32,352 bases of DNA from a virus (lineage: Duplodnaviria; Caudoviricetes). The number at the start of each line of letters is the position of its first letter. Within the stretch, counting starts at the first letter, position 1. Where the stretch lies: the IMG/VR virus record IMGVR_UViG_3300042289_000155, positions 1-32,352 of that record. One strand, written 5' to 3'. Below, one piece after another: positions 26,606 through 32,352 of the stretch. Below the pieces are notes generated by a model. It was not told the DNA's origin, did not search any database, and saw only the letters and a list, made by a program, of their open reading frames with translations. The translations under genes were made by a program, and so were the position numbers.

Positions 26606-26955
26606 TTCATTTCCCTCCCAATTTCAGCCGCAGCTCTGACGATGGCTCTACGAGTTGCGGCGTAGGGGTTTATGTCTCGCAATTCTTCGAATGGATACCA
26701 GCAACTATCGTTGTCATGCCAATACTTTCCGGCATGAACAACTGGGCGGTCATGCTTCATGTAGGGTGGAAAAGAGATGTTTATCCACAGATTAACCGCA
26801 AGACACAAAGCGTCACCATCGTCAACTAGGGGGTTCCAAACTTTTCTGGCTGGCATACAAAAGCCTGCAAAATCGCCATTTAATTCAAAGGCTTCTCCCA
26901 GTGGTTTAATCCCCGCAGCCTTCGCCGCCAGTGCTAAGAGTTCTCTATCGTTCAT
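26602..26955 (-). CDS. Hypothetical phage protein
   Basis: MNDRELL.LAAKAAG, WNPL.DDGDAL.LAV, ATRRAIVRAAAEIG. Confidence 0.85.
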   Translation of the reverse strand: MNDRELLALAAKAAGIKPLGEAFELNGDFAGFCMPARKVWNPLVDDGDALCLAVNLWINISFPPYMKHDRPVVHAGKYWHDNDSCWYPFEELRDINPYAATRRAIVRAAAEIGREMK

Positions 26956-26970
26956 TATCGTTTTCTCTCG

Positions 26971-27006
26971 TTAAAGCGCCAACACTAACGCGGCTGGCTT
27001 GCGATC
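26971..27006 (-). repeat. 36-bp intergenic direct repeat, copy A
   Basis: ttaaagcgccaacactaacgcggctggcttgcgatc, near-identical to 27793-27829. Confidence 0.9.
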
Positions 27007-27778
27007 AAACCCCGCACATACCTTCACACTCGTTATTAAACATATCCGAAACTTTTTCTTTTGGTTTGAACACTACTTCATCAAGAGGTTTTAAGGATCT
27101 GTGCATAAATTGTTGTGATTCTTCGCTTTTTCCTATGTTGCGTATCATTCGATCCATTTCAACAGTCTCCAACCATTCATCAGGGTATTCTTGTTTTATC
27201 TCAAGCCATTGTTCGTCTGAATGGTATGGGCATCCAAGGCAAGAAGATTTAGGTGGCTTTCGATAGCCTTGTTCATCGAACCAAGTCAAACAATCTTTTC
27301 TGCTCATTCCCATTTCGATCAAAGGCCACCTGTGTACAACCCATTTATTTCTTGAGGGTTTCACCCGTAATGCTTCATCGGTGCTTATCCCGATCCACAT
27401 AATTGCTGATCCTTCTGGGATTCTCTGCCGTGGTTTATACCCCAACACTTCTCTAGTCTTTTTGTTAACAGGTATTATTTTATAATCAGCGGTGCATTGC
27501 CTCATTCCCATTCCGCCTTTAGCAGTAAAAAAAGGAACTTTTGAAAAACCATTTTTATTCTTTTTCAAAGATTCCAAAAGACCATCATCTTTCATCACAC
27601 GATAAACTGGAAATGGCAGTTGGGTTTCGAGCCAGTCTAGGTATTCCATGACTTTACGAGGCTCCCACCCAGTATCGGCAAATATAGCTGCATCAGGCAT
27701 AGGGGTTATCAAGCCTTTTGCGGCCATCAAAGCTAATGTACTGGATTGAACTCCTGCGCCCAAACTTATTATGTTCAT
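27005..27778 (-). CDS. PAPS-reductase-like adenine-nucleotide alpha-hydrolase family protein, Cys-rich
   Basis: PP-loop variant ISLGAGVQSS, IFADTGWE, RQCT..YKI, WIGISTDE, KSSCLGCPYH, ECEGMCGV; SD GAGGA before ATG 27778. Confidence 0.8.
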   Translation of the reverse strand: MNIISLGAGVQSSTLALMAAKGLITPMPDAAIFADTGWEPRKVMEYLDWLETQLPFPVYRVMKDDGLLESLKKNKNGFSKVPFFTAKGGMGMRQCTADYKIIPVNKKTREVLGYKPRQRIPEGSAIMWIGISTDEALRVKPSRNKWVVHRWPLIEMGMSRKDCLTWFDEQGYRKPPKSSCLGCPYHSDEQWLEIKQEYPDEWLETVEMDRMIRNIGKSEESQQFMHRSLKPLDEVVFKPKEKVSDMFNNECEGMCGV

Positions 27779-27792
27779 ATACTCTTTCCTCA

Positions 27793-27829
27793 TTAAAGGT
27801 GCCAGCACTGACGCGGCTGGCTTGCGATC
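27793..27829 (-). repeat. 37-bp intergenic direct repeat, copy B
   Basis: ttaaaggtgccagcactgacgcggctggcttgcgatc. Confidence 0.9.
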
Positions 27830-27884
27830 TACCCGCTTAGTGGTTCCAATACTCCCAATTAAAAAAAAATTGGATTAGGCGGGA

Positions 27885-28067
27885 TCAATTCTTAGTACAG
27901 GCAGACAATGCTGACCTGTCTTTGTCTACGTCATACTCACAATCTGCAATCTGATTTCCTGCACCATCTACTTTATAGGAAACCCATACGCGCCATGAAC
28001 GGTGAAAATACTGATGAACAGTGTGCTTTTCGCCTTTATGTTCGATTGTCAGTATGTGCGTTTTCAT
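27885..28067 (-). CDS. Hypothetical protein, 60 aa
   Basis: ATGA-coupled to the upstream ORF. Confidence 0.65.
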   Translation of the reverse strand: MKTHILTIEHKGEKHTVHQYFHRSWRVWVSYKVDGAGNQIADCEYDVDKDRSALSACTKN

Positions 28068-28357
28068 TCTGCAATTAACTCAATTCTTTTCATCTTGATC
28101 TCGCCAACTGCAACGGCAAAATCAAACAGCGTGTCGCTTACCATCTTGCGTAATGAGAAATGCTCAACCGTACTGGGGGTGGAACTGCGATCCTCATCCC
28201 AAAGTTGCTTTGCCGTTTTTACTCGCTCTGCGCTGTATTTTCTGACGCAGACGGAAAACTCATTTGCCGTAACGTAAAACGCATCATTTACGTTTTTAAC
28301 AGTAGCGTAGGGGATCTTGCCCAATGCTACTTCCAGACCTACATTGTTTTTTCTCAT
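28064..28357 (-). CDS. Hypothetical protein, 97 aa
   Basis: SD GGAG before ATG 28357; coupled overlaps on both sides. Confidence 0.65.
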   Translation of the reverse strand: MRKNNVGLEVALGKIPYATVKNVNDAFYVTANEFSVCVRKYSAERVKTAKQLWDEDRSSTPSTVEHFSLRKMVSDTLFDFAVAVGEIKMKRIELIAE

Positions 28358-28470
28358 AGATAACTCCAATCGTCGAAATCAATTTTGTTTTTAGGTTCTA
28401 TCACTACTCCAATGAAGAACCTGCCTAGCATTATACCGTACCTATTTTTCTTTACAACAATTATTTTCAT
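28354..28470 (-). CDS. 38-aa peptide (not in ORF track): MKIIVVKKNRYGIMLGRFFIGVVIEPKNKIDFDDWSYL
   Basis: Fills the gap; its TGA overlaps the next ATG. Confidence 0.5.
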   Translation of the reverse strand: MKIIVVKKNRYGIMLGRFFIGVVIEPKNKIDFDDWSYL

Positions 28471-28615
28471 CTTTTTCTCTCAGTGCTTTCTTAAGATCTT
28501 TCACTTCTCTGCTCCTAGCAAGCCACGCCATCATCGCGCTTGCGTAGGACAGCTTCAGGCGCATTTCTGGTGGTAAGGTCTGCCACCATTGGTCGAAGTC
28601 GTTTAGGTCGCTCAT
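28442..28615 (-). CDS. Hypothetical protein, 57 aa (MSDLNDFDQWW...AW.AR)
   Basis: ATGA overlap with the thyX stop. Confidence 0.65.
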   Translation of the reverse strand: MSDLNDFDQWWQTLPPEMRLKLSYASAMMAWLARSREVKDLKKALREKDENNCCKEK

Positions 28616-29280
28616 AGCGGTTTGCCCATGAGTGCTGCCCATGCCACGGGGAATAATGGCTCAATCAGCTTGTCGATTTCCTCTGCCACCAACCTAGTTT
28701 CCTTTTGTGCATGTGGATCAAGCCTCAAGTTGCACACCCTTGCAAAGAACGCCAAGCTGCCAGACCAGATCCATGTCGTCTCACAACAAATCGGCAGTAC
28801 AGCCCTTGCTTGCTCAGGGCATACACCAATGGAAATCAAATAGTCGTATAAGTTTAAGCAAGCCTCCATTTCTCGATTTACAAGGTGCTGGTTTACTACT
28901 ATCAATTCTTCTGATGATCCTTGCTTTACGTTTTCCGCTGTTTTACGCCATTTGGTAGGTACGTCTAAGACAGGCGTAAAAGATACATACCGCCGAGACA
29001 CTTCATTGACTACACCGCCGACTTGATGTTTAGCAAGTTGTCTAGCGACATATATCGGTATCGTCACTCTAAACTTTATGAATTGATGTGCAAACGGAGT
29101 CCAGTGTTTATGCTCTGACAAGTAATCTATTAACTTGGTATCTTTTTCAGATAATTTGTCATAAAAAAAGCCTTCGTCATCTTGCAATTCTTCCCACTCA
29201 GATTCCTTATCGAAACTAACTCTTGCCGCGTTAACTACGGCTAGATCGTGGCCCATGAAATCAAGAAGTTCTACTTTCAT
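28612..29280 (-). CDS. thyX: FAD-dependent thymidylate synthase
   Basis: DL.VVNAARVSF, HWTPF.H, ARQL.KHQVG..NEVSRRYV, PEQAR.VLP, LR.D.HAQ.E. Confidence 0.95.
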   Translation of the reverse strand: MKVELLDFMGHDLAVVNAARVSFDKESEWEELQDDEGFFYDKLSEKDTKLIDYLSEHKHWTPFAHQFIKFRVTIPIYVARQLAKHQVGGVVNEVSRRYVSFTPVLDVPTKWRKTAENVKQGSSEELIVVNQHLVNREMEACLNLYDYLISIGVCPEQARAVLPICCETTWIWSGSLAFFARVCNLRLDPHAQKETRLVAEEIDKLIEPLFPVAWAALMGKPL

Positions 29281-29308
29281 TTATTCACCAATGAATACTC
29301 TAATGTTC

Positions 29309-29335
29309 AAAAAAACCCCAGCGCGATGCCGGGGT
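29309..29335 (-). terminator. Rho-independent terminator
   Basis: Minus strand ACCCCGGC-ATCGC-GCTGGGGT followed by a T-run. Confidence 0.85.
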
Positions 29336-29361
29336 GAGTGGTAGGTCTGACGAGAGAGAAA

Positions 29362-29613
29362 CTATTTGACTCGCCACACGGTAACAGTACCACTATCGTC
29401 CGTCAATACTTTGAACCGATGTTCAGGGACACCCTGAGCATTGCGGTAGCTGGCGGCTGCCGCCCGGATGCTGGTAGCACCCTTGCTTGGGATAGTGTCA
29501 CCAGTCACGGTGAAAGCCTCACCAACGGCTAGAGAGGAAAACGGGTACTTGCTCTCGCGGGGCGGTCTTTTCTGTTTAGGAATTGCCGCTGTGCCGATCA
29601 TCTGAATTGCCAT
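29362..29613 (-). CDS. Small putative DNA-binding phage protein
   Basis: IP..R...SKYPF..L.VGE.F....F.V......VWRV pattern; SD GAGG. Confidence 0.7.
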   Translation of the reverse strand: MAIQMIGTAAIPKQKRPPRESKYPFSSLAVGEAFTVTGDTIPSKGATSIRAAAASYRNAQGVPEHRFKVLTDDSGTVTVWRVK

Positions 29614-29625
29614 GATATTGCCTCA

Positions 29626-30174
29626 TTATAAAAAGTCATCTGCATCCGAACCTTCGGATACATCGTCGAAGTCGTCGATACTTGCGGAGCGTCCACCTCC
29701 AAAAGCATCACCATCGCGTAGAAACTGAACCCCGCCTAAACTGGCATTGATTCTCTGTCCGTACTTGTTAGCTTGCGCCCACAACTCTATCGTTGCATTG
29801 ACGTAGCATCCGGCATACGGGATTCCATCGCTGGCGGCTAGTATACGCTTTTGCTGGTCAACAACAAGGGGTCGTGTTGCACTTCGCGTGTTAACGAACA
29901 GATTGCCCTCATACCCGGCATATTGGCTTTTCATGTCGCCGTCTTGCAGGCAGATCCTATTGTTAGCCCTCATCTGCTTCAAAACAGTCTGCGCTTTCTC
30001 ACCCCACTTATCTTTTGCAAGAGTCTCAATGCCTGCCTCAATAGCGGCCACAGCAGGGTGGTCGGGAGCAAATAGAAATGCCGCACTGAATGATGGGGTG
30101 TCTCCGTCTTGTACTGCTCTTGCTTCCCAAAGAACCGGAAACGCCAAACGAACATTGTTAAGTCTAATCTTCAT
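29626..30174 (-). CDS. DUF2815 single-stranded DNA-binding protein
   Basis: NVRLAFP.L.E, L.DGD.K, YAGCYVNA, L.GVQF.RDGDAFGG, acidic tail ending FL. Confidence 0.92.
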   Translation of the reverse strand: MKIRLNNVRLAFPVLWEARAVQDGDTPSFSAAFLFAPDHPAVAAIEAGIETLAKDKWGEKAQTVLKQMRANNRICLQDGDMKSQYAGYEGNLFVNTRSATRPLVVDQQKRILAASDGIPYAGCYVNATIELWAQANKYGQRINASLGGVQFLRDGDAFGGGRSASIDDFDDVSEGSDADDFL

Positions 30175-31313
30175 GCTATTACCTCAAAATCATCTAAGTT
30201 TGATAAAGCCGGTCGTTTATCTGAAATGTGAGCGACCGATGGTTTGCCTTCAGGCTGATAAATATGTTCCTGCAATGCAGTCCATATATCATTCTTTTTG
30301 AATAGCTTTTCCGCCTTTGTAGGGCTTATAACTACCCGTTCATATAGCGATTCTATATGCGGAAGTTGCGATTCATCCTTCCATTTTCTGATCCCTCTTT
30401 TACCTTGCACAATTTTGTATCGCGGGACTTCTTCACCTGCGAACAACTTCTTCTCAACCCTCCCTCTTATACCTTTGCAAAAGTCCTCGATAGCTGGCAC
30501 TGCGTCCATCAGGTTTGCTAAAGATTCGTTGTCTATCTCACGATCAGCATTGATGTTGATCGGCTTTGTAAGGTCTACAAAATCATCTGCTATGGTTGAT
30601 AAAAGATGGTCTGCCATTGGTTTACACTTCCCGTTTGCCGGACAATACTGACAGGCTTTTTTGCTAGGTCTGAAATCATCATCTTCCAGCTTAACGCCGT
30701 AGGGCTTTATCAATGCTGCTCTAAGCTGGACGTACTCGCCAAAGGCCATTAGCTGCGCCACTGACACTTCCGATGTGTCGATGAAGTCAATGCGTGGCAT
30801 GATGATGTGAAGCCGAACGGTATCTATGCCACCCAAGACCGAACCGTATAACTCCATAGCGCCAAGCGCGTAGAGCATTAGCTGTTCGTTGTCAGCCGCG
30901 TAAACCTTGTTCTGGCCTGACTTCAGGTCACATACGTCCATCGAGGTCGGGTGGATGCAAATAGCGTCTCCTGTGCCTTTTGCGCCGTCCTCAAGGGTTA
31001 TGTGTCCAATAGGTAGCTTCTGTTCGTAAAGTTGGATTCCACCAAGCGATACGACATATTCAACATAGTCTTGGGCTATGTCTGCCATTTCCTGATCGAC
31101 AATGAAATCGAATCCGTCATGGCTAAACTTGCGTCCTATGTATTCATCGGCAGACTGGTCAGATTGCAAACAGATCTCAGCAATATGATGAATAACAGAT
31201 CCGTTCGCAGCGTACTCATTTGGTGGGCTTTCCAGCCCTTCCGACATTGGTATCGACGCAAGGCAATTTATCCATCTATATGCAGAGGATGGCGCTCTTT
31301 TGGCGTGTGCCAT
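30171..31313 (-). CDS. DUF2800 Cas4-like / PD-(D/E)xK nuclease
   Basis: HA...PSSA.RW.NC, GTGD, DLK.G, NEQLMLYALGA, C.YCPA...C. Confidence 0.92.
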   Translation of the reverse strand: MAHAKRAPSSAYRWINCLASIPMSEGLESPPNEYAANGSVIHHIAEICLQSDQSADEYIGRKFSHDGFDFIVDQEMADIAQDYVEYVVSLGGIQLYEQKLPIGHITLEDGAKGTGDAICIHPTSMDVCDLKSGQNKVYAADNEQLMLYALGAMELYGSVLGGIDTVRLHIIMPRIDFIDTSEVSVAQLMAFGEYVQLRAALIKPYGVKLEDDDFRPSKKACQYCPANGKCKPMADHLLSTIADDFVDLTKPININADREIDNESLANLMDAVPAIEDFCKGIRGRVEKKLFAGEEVPRYKIVQGKRGIRKWKDESQLPHIESLYERVVISPTKAEKLFKKNDIWTALQEHIYQPEGKPSVAHISDKRPALSNLDDFEVIA

Positions 31314-31669
31314 TAGAGTGATTCCAAAATGGCTTTGTAATCACTTTTTTTGGCTTCGCTTAACTTTTTTATGCCAAACATCCCAAGTCTCTCTAATGCA
31401 GCATCGCGTCCATTTGCATTAGCGTATTCGGTCAATGCTCTTGCAACTTGGTCGTAGGTAACGTCCTCCTGAGCCGGTTGAACCGGCTCTGGAGCAACGG
31501 CGGGGTCTGGACGCTGGATAGTGCCATGTTTCACTGAGGCGTCGTCCCCGCTGCCGCTGTTTTGTGCCACCTGCGGCTGGGCTTCAAACTTGTTTGTCAG
31601 ATCGTAGATCGCGCTCGTTAACTCGCGCAAAGCTAATGTGTTTTGCTCAATTAGTTTCTCTATGCTCAT
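31313..31669 (-). CDS. Hypothetical protein of the APSE-type replication module
   Basis: N-terminal MSIE..I..NT.A coiled coil, Pro-rich linker, C-terminal L..FG.KKLSE helical domain. Confidence 0.8.
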   Translation of the reverse strand: MSIEKLIEQNTLALRELTSAIYDLTNKFEAQPQVAQNSGSGDDASVKHGTIQRPDPAVAPEPVQPAQEDVTYDQVARALTEYANANGRDAALERLGMFGIKKLSEAKKSDYKAILESL

Positions 31670-31678
31670 CGCCGTCTC

Positions 31679-31990
31679 CTAATGATATAAATGTAGTGCC
31701 TTAGCATAAAACTGCGGTTTTTCGCCTTCTGGGGCGCGATTGCCGTTTTCAAACACGCCAACGATGAAGTGGTCATGCAAGCGTAAAGCAGCAGCAGGAT
31801 GCACGACTATGACGCCATTGAGTTCTCCTGCAAACTCATCTATATCCCATGCAATACGTTCAATATCATCTGGTGTAACGCTAAATGCGTCAAAATCGCC
31901 AACATGGATAAGGTTTATACCTTGAATCTTAGCCAGATCAATTTGATCTTGGTTGGGTACATGGCGGCTTATAAATGCAAAGTTCTTCAT
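31679..31990 (-). CDS. Hypothetical protein, 103 aa (MKNFAFISRH...)
   Basis: ATG 31990 with a purine-rich SD; first gene behind the leftward promoter. Confidence 0.75.
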   Translation of the reverse strand: MKNFAFISRHVPNQDQIDLAKIQGINLIHVGDFDAFSVTPDDIERIAWDIDEFAGELNGVIVVHPAAALRLHDHFIVGVFENGNRAPEGEKPQFYAKALHLYH

Positions 31991-32024
31991 GGTTTCTCTC
32001 GGTTGTTGTTGGTCTCGGAGCAGC

Positions 32025-32052
32025 ATCATACAGCAGTGAATAATGCTGTCAA
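32025..32052 (-). promoter_or_regulatory. Leftward sigma70 promoter
   Basis: TTGACA (32052-32047), 16-nt spacer, TATGAT (32030-32025). Confidence 0.75.
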
Positions 32053-32087
32053 TACATGAGTGCATATTTTTTTATTCGTTCACGTAT
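32028..32087. promoter_or_regulatory. Three 14-bp operator-like pseudo-palindromes, ATnC-N6-GnAT
   Basis: ATACagcagtGAAT 32028-32041, ATACatgagtGCAT 32052-32065, ATTCgttcacGTAT 32074-32087. Confidence 0.65.
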
Positions 32088-32089
32088 CA

Positions 32090-32098
32090 TGCTATGCT
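32090..32098 (+). promoter_or_regulatory. Rightward extended -10 promoter candidate
   Basis: TGcTATGCT 29 nt upstream of the HTH gene. Confidence 0.5.
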
Positions 32099-32126
32099 CC
32101 ACACCCTTCAAAACATGGAGACATAA

Positions 32127-32318
32127 ATGAGAACACCCACTGAAATAGTTGAGGGCTTGATTGCTCTCGGCTGGACACAACGGCAGATTGCGGAGGCCAG
32201 CGGTACGTCGCAGCCAACAATACATCGGATATTGCATGGGGCAAGCGTGACGCACAAATACCAACTCGTTGATGCACTTAGGAAACTAGAACACGAACTG
32301 ATTGACTTGGGAGGTTGA
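32127..32318 (+). CDS. Cro-like HTH transcriptional regulator
   Basis: GWTQRQIAEASGTSQPTIHRILHG; 63 aa with no peptidase domain; SD GGAG. Confidence 0.9.
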   Translation: MRTPTEIVEGLIALGWTQRQIAEASGTSQPTIHRILHGASVTHKYQLVDALRKLEHELIDLGG

Positions 32319-32319
32319 G

Positions 32320-32352
32320 ATGGACATTCCAGAGTTGCTGAAAGCGATACCG
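32320..32352 (+). CDS. Start of a truncated ORF (MDIPELLKAIP), possibly a primase-type protein
   Basis: SD GGAGG; IP..LK.IP start and position after the Cro-like gene; only 11 codons visible. Confidence 0.4.
   Translation, partial: MDIPELLKAIP

Noticed and set aside
27005-27778. Calling the gene a true cysH sulfur-assimilation auxiliary gene
   Set aside because: It has LGAGVQS instead of the canonical SGGKDS/SFG loop and lacks the ECGLH terminus, so only the fold family is supported.
25722-29352. GTCTGACG in two intergenic gaps (25722-25729 and 29345-29352), similar to the repeat loop
   Set aside because: An 8-mer seen twice cannot be told from chance without statistics.
30171-31313. Cas4-like protein as evidence of CRISPR
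   Set aside because: It is the usual DUF2800 replication-module nuclease; no array or other cas genes were seen.
31991-32065. Longer N-terminus of the 31679 ORF given in the track
   Set aside because: It runs through the promoter/operator region; ATG 31990 has a better SD context.

Overview
A 32 kb segment of a long-tailed (siphovirus-type) dsDNA phage genome, probably infecting a Proteobacterium. It has two converging arms. The + strand arm (1-19.7 kb) is the virion module: a fused prohead protease/major capsid protein, DUF2190-like decoration protein, head-tail connectors, holin, tail tube, M15 endolysin, a tail chaperone pair with a -1 frameshift, a 1848-aa tape measure, tail tip proteins and two paralogous tail fibres. 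The - strand arm (19.7-32.0 kb) is the early/replication module: an APSE-type set (DUF2800 nuclease, DUF2815 SSB, PolA, VRR-NUC, SNF2 helicase) interrupted by an accessory block with ThyX, a PAPS-reductase-like protein, an XF1762/Mom-like protein, a lone RNR beta subunit and many small ORFs. A divergent promoter region with three operator-like sites and a Cro-like HTH gene ends the window. No integrase, CI repressor, tRNA or CRISPR array was seen. The most notable observations are a 63-aa HxRRGH-motif insert in the polymerase, an RNR beta subunit with no alpha nearby, a compact H-type pseudoknot before the tail chaperone, and a repeat-bounded PAPS-reductase-like cassette. All family assignments come from motif recognition by eye; no database search was run.
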